Source of the DNA: Candidatus Omnitrophota bacterium
GTDB lineage: Bacteria > Omnitrophota > Gorgyraeia > JABMRG01 > JAFGKX01
Reading direction: 5' to 3'
NCBI GenBank assembly: GCA_043797125.1
Contig: JAZDPX010000042.1
Span: 1-62,267 of the forward strand
Length of the DNA stretch: 62,267 nucleotides
Both the position numbers and the translations under genes were made by a program. Shown here in pieces: positions 27,836 to 36,084 of this stretch. The first letter of the stretch is position 1. Each line of letters starts with the position of its first letter. The notes under the pieces are model-generated. The model saw only the letters and a program-made list of their open reading frames with translations, searched no databases and was not told the origin of the DNA.

Positions 27836-28495
27836 ATGAAGAAAAACCTAGTTTTAGTTTTGACAACGATTTTTGCGTTAGCTTGCGCAGCTTCGTTGGC
27901 TTTAACCGGCTGCGGCAAGCAGCAGGATGTTGTTATTGAGGAGTTGGAGGAAGGCGGCACGCAGGCCGTGGTAAAAGAATTTAAGACCTTCAATGTTTAT
28001 ACCGATAAACGCTCTCCGAACAACCATTATATCGCGTCGGGATGGATGGGAGACCACGGCGATATAAAATTTAATGATATGTGCATGGAAAATCCTCATT
28101 CAGGCACAACCTGTATTAAAATAGAGCATCTGCCAAGGCGTTCGCAAGGGGCAGGCTGGATAGGCGTATACTGGCAGAACCCGGCGAATAACTGGGGCTC
28201 GAAAAAAGCAGGCTTTGATTTAACAGGCGCTAAAAAGCTTACATTCTGGGCAAGGGGAGAAAAAGGCACAGAGATTATATCCGAATTTAAAATGGGCGGT
28301 ATCACAGGCGAGTTTTCAGATACTGCTTCAGCCGGCATAGGGCCAGCTACGCTTACCCAAGAATGGAAGCAATACGAAATAGACCTGATAGGCCAGGACC
28401 TATCGCATATAATCGGCGGTTTTTGCTTTTCAACAAACGCTGATGATAATCCTGATGGGGTTGTGTTTTATCTTGATGATATAATGTACGAATAG
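27836..28495 (+). CDS. Lipoprotein with CBM-like beta-sandwich domain (paralog 1)
   Basis: It has a GGAGA RBS and the lipobox 'LALTG|C'. It shares 'HYIxSGWMGD...HSGTTCIKIE...GxYWQxPANNWGxKKxGxDLTGAKKLTFWARGE...FKMGGI...WKQYxxDLxGxDLSxIxGGFC(F/W)STN...FY(L/I)DDIxYE' with 35435-36040 and with the C-terminus of 47454-50084. Confidence 0.8.
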   Translation: MKKNLVLVLTTIFALACAASLALTGCGKQQDVVIEELEEGGTQAVVKEFKTFNVYTDKRSPNNHYIASGWMGDHGDIKFNDMCMENPHSGTTCIKIEHLPRRSQGAGWIGVYWQNPANNWGSKKAGFDLTGAKKLTFWARGEKGTEIISEFKMGGITGEFSDTASAGIGPATLTQEWKQYEIDLIGQDLSHIIGGFCFSTNADDNPDGVVFYLDDIMYE

Positions 28496-28506
28496 GTGCT
28501 TATCTA

Positions 28507-29760
28507 ATGACAGACACTAAAAACAAAAAATTAAACAAAAAAATAATTGTAGGCATACTAATAGCAGTGCTCATCGCGCTGTTCGGGATAAGCGCATTTA
28601 TATTGGCGAACCTTACTAAAAAAGGTAAAACCTATATAAGCGAATCAACCCCCGGGGTTGCGCAGCTTGTAGTTGATGGCAAACCTTTTATAGTAAGAGG
28701 TGTATGCTACAGCCCCATACAACCCGGCGAAAGCCATTTGTATAACTGGTGGGGAGACTCGCGCAAGCCATGGGTTATAGACGGAAAGCTCATGCAGGAG
28801 ACGGGTATAAATACCATAAGGATCTATGAACCGGGAGGTAAACCCGAGCAGGTTAAAAGAGTTGTATCAGACCTCTATGATAATTTTAAAATCAGGACAA
28901 TTATGGGCCATGGTTTAGGATTCTGGGATTATCCTTATACAAATTATGCCGACCCGAGCGTGCAGCACGAGATTAAAAAGCAGGTTTACCAGATGGTAAA
29001 GGCATATAAGGGCGAGTGCGGCATTCTTGCCTGGGTATTAGGCAATGAAGCGAACTTTTCTTTTGACGGGAGGATTAACCCCTGGTCCACACCGTCAATT
29101 GACCAGATACAGAAGCCTTATGACAGAAAGATAGCCAGGGCAAAGATATATTACACATTTATCAATGACCTGGTTAAAATTGTAAAAAAGATAGACCCCT
29201 CGCGCCCTGTTGGATTTGGAAACGGCGAATTAGGAACTATTGATGTGGCCAAGGAATTCTGCCCTGACGCTGATTTTGTCGGGATAATTATTTACAGAGG
29301 TAAATCATTCGGCCCGCTCTTCAGGCAGCTTAAGGAAAGATTTGGCAAGCCTTGCATAATGGTGGAATTCGGATGCGATTCATATAACGCGGCTGAAGCT
29401 AAGTCAGATGAAGAGAACCAGTCGCTTTTTCTTAAATCCCTGTGGGATGAAGTTGAAAACAATACCTTTACCGGAAAAGGCGAGGCCAACTGCCTTGGCG
29501 GAACAATTTTTGAATGGAATGATGAGTGGTGGAAATATAATACAGATGACCCGAACGCCTGGCGCACGCATAACGCGGAGGGCAGCTGGTCCAACGGCTC
29601 CTACTATCATGATATAGGCGTTGACGGCGGGTTTAATATGAATGAAGAATGGTTTGGCGTAGTTGGTTTCTCCGATGAGAAAGATGGCGACGGTTTATAT
29701 AAGCGCGTTCCGAAAAGAGCGTATTATACGCTGAAGGAAAGCTGGGAGAAAAATAAGTAA
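28507..29760 (+). CDS. Membrane-anchored clan GH-A (beta/alpha)8 glycoside hydrolase-like protein
   Basis: It has an N-terminal TM anchor. Motifs are 'VRGVCYSP', 'GINTIRIYEP', 'WVLGNEANF' (candidate acid/base Glu), 'CIMVEFGCDSY' (candidate nucleophile Glu) and 'FEWNDEWWK'. The pattern fits GH2-TIM or GH72-like families; the family cannot be assigned by eye. Confidence 0.65.
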   Translation: MTDTKNKKLNKKIIVGILIAVLIALFGISAFILANLTKKGKTYISESTPGVAQLVVDGKPFIVRGVCYSPIQPGESHLYNWWGDSRKPWVIDGKLMQETGINTIRIYEPGGKPEQVKRVVSDLYDNFKIRTIMGHGLGFWDYPYTNYADPSVQHEIKKQVYQMVKAYKGECGILAWVLGNEANFSFDGRINPWSTPSIDQIQKPYDRKIARAKIYYTFINDLVKIVKKIDPSRPVGFGNGELGTIDVAKEFCPDADFVGIIIYRGKSFGPLFRQLKERFGKPCIMVEFGCDSYNAAEAKSDEENQSLFLKSLWDEVENNTFTGKGEANCLGGTIFEWNDEWWKYNTDDPNAWRTHNAEGSWSNGSYYHDIGVDGGFNMNEEWFGVVGFSDEKDGDGLYKRVPKRAYYTLKESWEKNK

Positions 29761-29766
29761 TGTCAA

Positions 29767-31131
29767 ATGACAAAATCCAAAATCCAAATGAATGTAAAAT
29801 GTCAAAATCCAAATTTTAAAATTTGTCATTTGTCATTTGTCATTATTTTGTCATTTGTGCTTTGTTATTTGTCATTAACTATTGCTGGCTGCGCGAAAAA
29901 ATCTGAAACCACAACCGCTCAGAAAACCATACTTATCTGGCACTGGCTCACTGACAGAGAAGAGGCTTTTGCCAAACTTGCCCGGCAATATGAACAGCGA
30001 ACAGGAATAAAGGTCATATTCGAGTTATACGCGCCATCAGACGCATATTCGCAAAAAATAAGGGCATCAGCGCAGACAAATACCCTGCCCGATATCTACG
30101 GTTTGCTTGCTCCCAAGAAAGATTTGGCCTCTTTTGTAAAAGCGGGCCACGCCGCGGACTTGATCTACGCGATGACCGCAGAAAAAAATAAATGGAAAGA
30201 TTCGCTCTTTGATAAGACGCTGGCTGTAAATGAGTTTCTTCAGGGCAACGAATACGGCGCAGCCCCGGGGATTTACGGCGTTCCCATAGACGCGATGAAT
30301 ATACAGATGCTTTACAACAAGGATTTGTTTAAAAAAGCAGGCATTGATCCTTTGCAGGCGCCGCGCACATGGGAAGAATTTTTGGAAGTAGGCAGGAAGC
30401 TAAAAGCAGCCGGCATTGAAGGCTTGGTAAGCGGCTGGGATGAAACATGGATGATAGATTGCCTTGCTTCAAATTACGCCTTTAATATAATGGGAGAAAA
30501 AAAGGTTGTGGATACAATTAAAGGCGATGTCTCCTACGCTGATCCGGATTGGATTAAAGTCTTCAGTGTTTTTAAAGAAATGCAGGATAACGGGCTTTTG
30601 GCGAAAGGCATTGTTAATATGGTAAACAAGACCGCAGAGCAGATGTTTTCAAACGGGATAGCTGCCTTTGCGTTTAATGGTTCCTGGTGCGTGAATGTTT
30701 ACCGCGAAATGAACCCGGACCTAAATTATGGCGTAATGCTTCCGCCGCCCTATTCGGATAAATATCCTATGAAAATATGGGGCGGAGCAGGAACAAGCTT
30801 TTTAGTAAACGCAAACACCAAAGTAAAACAAGAGGCGATAGAATTTTTAAAGTTTTTGACAGCTAAGGAGCAGCAGGCGTTTTTAGCGCAAGAGACTCTT
30901 AATCTGCCGTCTAACAAAGACAGCCTAGTTGCAATAAATCCTGTTTTAGCGGAATTCGCCGATGACATGGATTCGGCGGTTCATCCCAACGCCTTGCCGG
31001 TTCAGGAATTTCCAAGGGTCATAGAGGCCTTTGATAAAGGCATTCAGTCAATTTTAATCGGCGAGATGACGCCGGAAGAAGTAGCCTTGAATGTCCAGTC
31101 GGTAAAGTTAAGAGAATTAAGTAAAAAATAA
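29767..31131 (+). CDS. ABC transporter solute-binding lipoprotein (carbohydrate type)
   Basis: It is 454 aa with the lipobox 'LTIAG|C'. It sits directly upstream of MalF/MalG-type permeases, and its size and composition are typical of family-1 sugar binding proteins. Confidence 0.75.
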   Translation: MTKSKIQMNVKCQNPNFKICHLSFVIILSFVLCYLSLTIAGCAKKSETTTAQKTILIWHWLTDREEAFAKLARQYEQRTGIKVIFELYAPSDAYSQKIRASAQTNTLPDIYGLLAPKKDLASFVKAGHAADLIYAMTAEKNKWKDSLFDKTLAVNEFLQGNEYGAAPGIYGVPIDAMNIQMLYNKDLFKKAGIDPLQAPRTWEEFLEVGRKLKAAGIEGLVSGWDETWMIDCLASNYAFNIMGEKKVVDTIKGDVSYADPDWIKVFSVFKEMQDNGLLAKGIVNMVNKTAEQMFSNGIAAFAFNGSWCVNVYREMNPDLNYGVMLPPPYSDKYPMKIWGGAGTSFLVNANTKVKQEAIEFLKFLTAKEQQAFLAQETLNLPSNKDSLVAINPVLAEFADDMDSAVHPNALPVQEFPRVIEAFDKGIQSILIGEMTPEEVALNVQSVKLRELSKK

Positions 31132-31148
31132 AGCGATGCTTCAACTTG

Positions 31149-31180
31149 GACGTAGCGGAGCCTTAAGGCTCCGCTACGTC
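31149..31180. repeat. Perfect 32-nt palindrome, variant a with extended arms (GACGTAGCGGAGCC-TTAA-GGCTCCGCTACGTC)
   Basis: It lies 18 nt after the binding-protein stop and 15 nt before the permease ATG. Confidence 0.9.
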
Positions 31181-31194
31181 TGGAGACTTAAAAG

Positions 31195-32085
31195 ATGCCT
31201 GATTCTTATAAGATTAAAAATATTCTCGGAAATTATCTTTTTGTCCTTCCTGCGGTTTTATTATTCTGTATCTTCTATATATACCCTTTTTTTAAAGTAT
31301 TCCAGCTTTCCTTATATCAATGGGACGGCATATTGCCTACAATGAATTTTGTAGGTTTGGGCCATTTTAAGGAAATTTTCACCTATGATAAGGCATGGTG
31401 GCAGTCAATGCTTCATGCCGGATACATTACGTTTTTAGCGCTTACATTTCAGAATCTTCTCGCGCTTATTCTGGCATTAGCGTGCGACAGTGATATCAGG
31501 GGAGCGCAGGCATATAAAGTAATATTTTATCTTCCGCCGGCACTCTCAGGCATCGTGGTAGGGCTCCTCTGGGAATGGATATATAACGGCAATTATGGTT
31601 TATTGAATCACTGGCTTAATGGTTTGGGATTCGGGTATATCGCCAGGGCATGGCTTGCGGATCCTAACACAGCCCTTACCTGCGTCGCTATTGTGCACAT
31701 GTGGAAAGGTTTTGGCTGGGGTTTTATTATATTGTTGGCAGGTTTGCAGGGTATACCAAGAGAACTTTATGAAGCGGCGAGAGTAGATGGCGCCAACCCA
31801 TGGGAGGCTTTTAGAAGAATTACGCTGCCTCTAATGGCGCCTGTTTTCGTGTTAGTCGCGATATTGACTATTTTAGGCACAATGCAGATTTATGATATTA
31901 TTGTTTCTACTACAAACGGGGGGCCCGGTTTTCATACAGAAGTGCCGGTTACAAGGATTTTGCAATCCATGAGAGGCTCATCGCAATTTGGATACGCGTG
32001 CGCGCAAGGCCTTGTATTTGGCGCGGCGCTTTTTATAATTTCGATGCTGCAGATGAAATTCGCTAAAATGGTAAGGCAGGAGTAG
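31195..32085 (+). CDS. ABC sugar transporter permease (MalF/UgpA type)
   Basis: It has six hydrophobic spans, the EAA loop 'LYEAARVDGANPWEAFRRITLPLMAP', and a GGAGA RBS. Confidence 0.85.
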   Translation: MPDSYKIKNILGNYLFVLPAVLLFCIFYIYPFFKVFQLSLYQWDGILPTMNFVGLGHFKEIFTYDKAWWQSMLHAGYITFLALTFQNLLALILALACDSDIRGAQAYKVIFYLPPALSGIVVGLLWEWIYNGNYGLLNHWLNGLGFGYIARAWLADPNTALTCVAIVHMWKGFGWGFIILLAGLQGIPRELYEAARVDGANPWEAFRRITLPLMAPVFVLVAILTILGTMQIYDIIVSTTNGGPGFHTEVPVTRILQSMRGSSQFGYACAQGLVFGAALFIISMLQMKFAKMVRQE

Positions 32086-32089
32086 GTAG

Positions 32090-33532
32090 ATGGAATACCC
32101 GATTTACTACAGGATAAAAAATTTCGTAAGCAAATTTGCCACGCACATTCTGCTTATAAGCGTGTCTATTACGTGTATATTTCCGCTTTTGTGGATGTTT
32201 GGGTCCAGCTTAAAGACTCAGCAAACCATTTTCTCGGATATGAGCCTTTTTCCGGCGAATGCGCATTGGGAGAACTTCTTCCTTGCCTGGACAAAAGGAA
32301 ACTTCGGTATTTATTTATTTAACAGCATATTTTACACAACCATTGTTGTTGCAGGCATAGTATTTATTGCATCACTTGCTGCCTACGGTATATCCCGTTT
32401 AAAGATTCCGGGCAAAAACATAATATTTTTTATATTTTTAGCGGCAATGATGATACCAATACCGGGAAGTTTTATTTCCTTATATGTTCTTTTAATGAAA
32501 TTGCACCTGGTGAATACCAGGATTGGTTATATTCTACCTATGATAAGCCAGGGTATTTGTCTGGGCGTATATTTACTTAAGACGTTTTTCGATAAGATAC
32601 CAACAGACATGGAAGATCTAGGAAGAATTGATGGATGCAGTAAATTTGGCATATACTGGCATATTGCGCTGCCTTTGGCAAAGCCGGCTATTGCTGTTAT
32701 AGTGATTTTTAATACTCTTACAGTGTGGAATGAGTATCTGCTTGCCATGCTTGTTTTAAACAGCAAGCACTTAATGCCGATTAACAGAGCGCTTATGGTA
32801 TTTAGAGGCGCGCATGTTACGCAGTATCCGCTTCTTATGGCAGGCATGACAATCAGCGTTATGCCGATTATAATAATGTATTTACTGCTGCAAAAGCATA
32901 TTATTAAGGGAATTACTGCGGGGGCGCTGAAGGGCCTGTTGCTCTTAGCCCTATGCCCTACGCTCTTAGCTCTATCCGGCTGCGCGAGAGGGCCTGCTGA
33001 TGACGCAAGACAGTTTCCGAAAGGGTATTTTAAGGACAAGGTGGCTGCTAGTCCCGGAATATCACAAGGCGTTGGCCCGGTATTAAAAGATATACCAGCT
33101 GAAAAAATCCAGGATTTAGGCAGAAGAGAGGCTACAGAATACGATTTTGGAGACAGCGCGTCTGATACCCTGACCAACAAGGCGTGGGAGGCATTAAATA
33201 ATAAAGATGAAGCGGGCGTGCTTCTTTACACTGATAAATGTATTGAATTATATTCCGCTTTGGCAAAAACTCAAAGTACAGGCTTAACCGATTATCCTCC
33301 CCAGGCTAATTTAGACATGTTTAAACAAATGGATGATATAGGGGCCTGCTATTTTATTAGAGGCGAATTTTTTAAATATAAGAAAGATCGGCAAAAGGCA
33401 AAAGACGCGTATCAGACGCTTATCGACGAATACCATTTTGCGCAATACTGGGACCCGCGCGGCTGGTATTTTAAGCCGGCGGAGATTGCGAAAGATGAGA
33501 TTAAAAAGATAGATGAAGGATACTATAATTAA
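32090..33532 (+). CDS. ABC sugar transporter permease (MalG/UgpE type) fused in frame to a ~199-aa lipoprotein-like extension
   Basis: The permease part ends with the family-typical 'IIKGITAGALKG' (about 32935). The frame then continues into 'LLLLALCPTLLALSGCARGPADD...' and a soluble helical domain. Confidence 0.8.
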   Translation: MEYPIYYRIKNFVSKFATHILLISVSITCIFPLLWMFGSSLKTQQTIFSDMSLFPANAHWENFFLAWTKGNFGIYLFNSIFYTTIVVAGIVFIASLAAYGISRLKIPGKNIIFFIFLAAMMIPIPGSFISLYVLLMKLHLVNTRIGYILPMISQGICLGVYLLKTFFDKIPTDMEDLGRIDGCSKFGIYWHIALPLAKPAIAVIVIFNTLTVWNEYLLAMLVLNSKHLMPINRALMVFRGAHVTQYPLLMAGMTISVMPIIIMYLLLQKHIIKGITAGALKGLLLLALCPTLLALSGCARGPADDARQFPKGYFKDKVAASPGISQGVGPVLKDIPAEKIQDLGRREATEYDFGDSASDTLTNKAWEALNNKDEAGVLLYTDKCIELYSALAKTQSTGLTDYPPQANLDMFKQMDDIGACYFIRGEFFKYKKDRQKAKDAYQTLIDEYHFAQYWDPRGWYFKPAEIAKDEIKKIDEGYYN

Positions 33533-33539
33533 AATTCAA

Positions 33540-35411
33540 ATGACAAAATCCAAAATCCAAAATTTGTTGGGCTGTGCGCTGTGGGCTGTGTGCTGTTGTG
33601 CAAACGCGATGGCAGCGAACGGTAGCTTCCCACTCTCCGACCCGGGCGCTGAAGATATAATAGACTATGCCCGTTACGGGGTATTCAGCGGCACAGGGAC
33701 AAAGGAATATAATTACGCTGTTAAAGACCAGGCAGGGTTAATCCGCGCCTCAGGCGAAGGTATTTATCCTAATTATTCCAGCGTATTGAAGGACCCGGGA
33801 TTTAAAGAACTAAAGAAACAGGGAAGGCTGGAAGGAAACCATTGGGATTTTATAAACACAAAAGATTACCAGGCAAATTTTTATAAATGGGCCACCGCTA
33901 ATGAAACCAGAGGCATTAAGCTCTTTTACGCCGGCATGGCGCTTGAGCGGGGCGCTCATCTTATTCACGCAATCAAGGCGTATTACGCAATTGTCGTTCA
34001 GTTTCCGCAGACTACAGGCCGCACATATTGGGATACCCCTTTATATATCGGGCAGATAGCGATTGATAGAATAAATTATATCTGCATGAGTAATCCGCAG
34101 CTTGGAATTAAGTTAAAAGACGCTTCCATAATAGTGGAAAACGGCTATGACGATAATGTAAAAAACGATATATTCATAGTAAATCCGGGCAAACTCATGA
34201 AAGTCAAGCCGCAACAGATTATGGACCCCGCCGTGGATGTGAACAAATTAAACATTATAAAGACGGTAGGCGCGGATTTTGTAAAACTTGTTCAATACAG
34301 CAACAGAAGCTGGCAGCTTTTTGTCAACGGAGCCCCTTACATTATTAAAGGCGTTGATTATTCTCCGTCGAAAATAGGGCAAAGCCCCGATAACGGCACT
34401 TTAAAAGACTGGATGCAGGTGGATTACAACGCCAACAATAAAATAGACGGGCCTTATGATTCCTGGGTTGATGAAAACAAAAACAATATACAGGATGCGA
34501 ATGAAAACGCCGTAGGCGATTTTCATCTTTTATGGCAGATGGGCGCAAACACAATCAGGTTTTACCAGCGCGGGTCTAATAAACCTTTGCTTAGAGACCT
34601 GTACAAAAACTACGGGATAATGGTAATCATGGGGGATTTTTTAGGGGCGTATACAATCGGTTCAGGGGCTACATGGTATGAAGGCACAAATTATTCAAAT
34701 ACGCTTCATCAGGAGAACATGCTTAAAAGCGTAAAGGAAATGGTCGATGAATATAAGGACGAACCGTATGTTCTTATGTGGCTTTTGGGAAACGAAAACA
34801 ATTACGGCGTCGCAAACAACTCAAAGAAAGACCCGGAAAGTTATTATAAATTTGTTAACAGGGCGGCAAAATATATAAAGGAATTAGACCCGCACAAAAG
34901 GCCTGTCGCTGTTTGTAACGGCGAAATAATATTTTTGGATACCTTTGCGAAAAACTGCCCCGACGTGGATGTATTCGGCGCAAATTCATACAGGGGCGAT
35001 TACGGCTTTGGCCATTTATGGAAAATGGTTAAATACGAAGCTGATAAGCCGGCCATTATCACCGAATACGGCTGCCCCGCGTATTCTTCCGTTTACGGCC
35101 CCCAGGAGATAGAGCAATTGCAGGCAAAATATCTGAAGAGCTGCTGGCTGGACATGATGGCTAATTACGGCGGATACGGCCAAGGCAATGCGTTAGGCGG
35201 GTTTGTTTTTGAGTTTGTTGACGAGTGGTGGAAGGCCTATGAGCCTGCGAAGCACGACGTGCATTCGCAGTGGCCCGGGCCTTTTCCTGACGGGAAAGTC
35301 TACGAGGAATGGTTCGGCGTCTCGTCTCAGGGTGACGGAAACAATAGCCCCTTCCTCAGGCAGATGCGAGAATCTTATTACACAATGAAGGAATTATGGA
35401 GAGAAGAGTAA
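33540..35411 (+). CDS. Secreted clan GH-A glycoside hydrolase-like protein (paralog of 28507-29760 with a ~270-aa N-terminal extension)
   Basis: The preferred start is the ATG at 33540 (MTKSKIQNLLGCALWAVCCCANAMA, a signal peptide), not the track start at 33513, which overlaps the previous gene. Motifs are 'IIKGVDYSP', 'GANTIRFYQ', 'WLLGNENNYG', 'AIITEYGCPAYS', 'FVFEFVDEWWKA'. Confidence 0.7.
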   Translation: MTKSKIQNLLGCALWAVCCCANAMAANGSFPLSDPGAEDIIDYARYGVFSGTGTKEYNYAVKDQAGLIRASGEGIYPNYSSVLKDPGFKELKKQGRLEGNHWDFINTKDYQANFYKWATANETRGIKLFYAGMALERGAHLIHAIKAYYAIVVQFPQTTGRTYWDTPLYIGQIAIDRINYICMSNPQLGIKLKDASIIVENGYDDNVKNDIFIVNPGKLMKVKPQQIMDPAVDVNKLNIIKTVGADFVKLVQYSNRSWQLFVNGAPYIIKGVDYSPSKIGQSPDNGTLKDWMQVDYNANNKIDGPYDSWVDENKNNIQDANENAVGDFHLLWQMGANTIRFYQRGSNKPLLRDLYKNYGIMVIMGDFLGAYTIGSGATWYEGTNYSNTLHQENMLKSVKEMVDEYKDEPYVLMWLLGNENNYGVANNSKKDPESYYKFVNRAAKYIKELDPHKRPVAVCNGEIIFLDTFAKNCPDVDVFGANSYRGDYGFGHLWKMVKYEADKPAIITEYGCPAYSSVYGPQEIEQLQAKYLKSCWLDMMANYGGYGQGNALGGFVFEFVDEWWKAYEPAKHDVHSQWPGPFPDGKVYEEWFGVSSQGDGNNSPFLRQMRESYYTMKELWREE

Positions 35412-35434
35412 AAACATAGGAAAGGGAGGAGATT

Positions 35435-36040
35435 ATGATGGGCAAGAAAAGGTTTATAGGCTGCATAGTTTTTGTTGTAATGATATTTATGGCAATGACT
35501 ATCAAAGCCCAGGAAGTAAATTATTTTGAGCCGTTTAATGTCTACTCGGATAAGAACGCCAGAACGAATCACTATATCCCTTCAGGCTGGATGGGGGATT
35601 ACAGCGATGTCGGTTATAGCGATAACTGTAATTTAACGCCGCATTCAGGCACGACTTGTATTAAGATAGAATACAGGCCTAATGTTTCGCAGGGCGCCCG
35701 CTGGGTAGGGATGTATTGGCAGAGCCCGGCGAACAACTGGGGCGACAAAAAGGGCGGCTACGATTTGACCGGAGCGAAAAAACTTACATTCTGGGCAAGA
35801 GGGGAAAACGGCGGAGAGCGCGTAGAGGAATTTAAGATGGGCGGAATAGGAGGCGCATATCCGGATTCAGATATTGCCAGTGTCGGCCCGATAATTTTCA
35901 CTAAAGACTGGAAGCAGTATGCGGTAGACCTGACGGGGAAAGACCTGTCTTACATAAGCGGAGGATTTTGCTGGTCAACAAATCTGGATGTTAACCCGGA
36001 AGGCTGCACCTTTTATATTGATGATATAAGGTACGAATGA
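35435..36040 (+). CDS. Secreted CBM-like beta-sandwich protein (paralog 2)
   Basis: It has a GGGAGG RBS and the signal peptide 'FVVMIFMAMTIKA|QE'. It is colinear with 27836-28495 over the whole mature part. Confidence 0.8.
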   Translation: MMGKKRFIGCIVFVVMIFMAMTIKAQEVNYFEPFNVYSDKNARTNHYIPSGWMGDYSDVGYSDNCNLTPHSGTTCIKIEYRPNVSQGARWVGMYWQSPANNWGDKKGGYDLTGAKKLTFWARGENGGERVEEFKMGGIGGAYPDSDIASVGPIIFTKDWKQYAVDLTGKDLSYISGGFCWSTNLDVNPEGCTFYIDDIRYE

Positions 36041-36044
36041 AATA

Positions 36045-36072
36045 AAATTCGAAATCCGAAATTCGAAATCCG
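36045..36072. repeat. Tandem 14-mer (AAATTCGAAATCCG x2)
   Basis: Read directly in the 44-nt spacer after the stop at 36040. It is related in composition to the AAATCCAAAATCC leaders at 29763 and 33536. Confidence 0.8.
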
Positions 36073-36084
36073 ATATTTTAAATT

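Noticed and set aside
29821-29877. Heptamer repeats as a sequencing or assembly artefact
   Set aside because: The repeat is imperfect and maintains an open frame that yields a plausible signal peptide ending in a lipobox. An independent gene (33569-33596) shows the same phenomenon with a different heptamer. Unit-number variation still needs read-level checking.
31136-31345. 69-aa + strand ORF beginning in the spacer after the binding-protein gene
   Set aside because: Its N-terminus is simply the translation of the palindrome (RSGALRLRY). It runs out of frame across the start of the well-supported permease gene.
32527-33180. Minus-strand ORF of 217 aa, together with similar ones at 59067-59711 (214 aa), 18846-19397 (183 aa), 4233-4748 (171 aa), 20505-21014 (169 aa) and 54568-55068 (166 aa)
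   Set aside because: Each lies wholly inside a + strand gene that has recognisable domains or motifs. Their translations are low-complexity (S/L/F/I-rich) with no motifs, RBS or promoter. They are shadow ORFs of AT-rich coding sequence.
28507-35411. A specific beta-1,3-glucan (GH72-like) assignment for the two hydrolase-like proteins
   Set aside because: The NEP/NEA and (T/V)E(Y/F)GC motif pattern is common to several clan GH-A families (GH2-TIM, GH72 and others). Without a profile search the linkage specificity would be a guess.
27836-36040. A missing ABC ATPase hidden in the locus
   Set aside because: No Walker A (GxxGxGKS/T) or ABC signature (LSGGQ) containing ORF is present on either strand between 27.8 and 46.2 kb. 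The ATPase must be encoded elsewhere.
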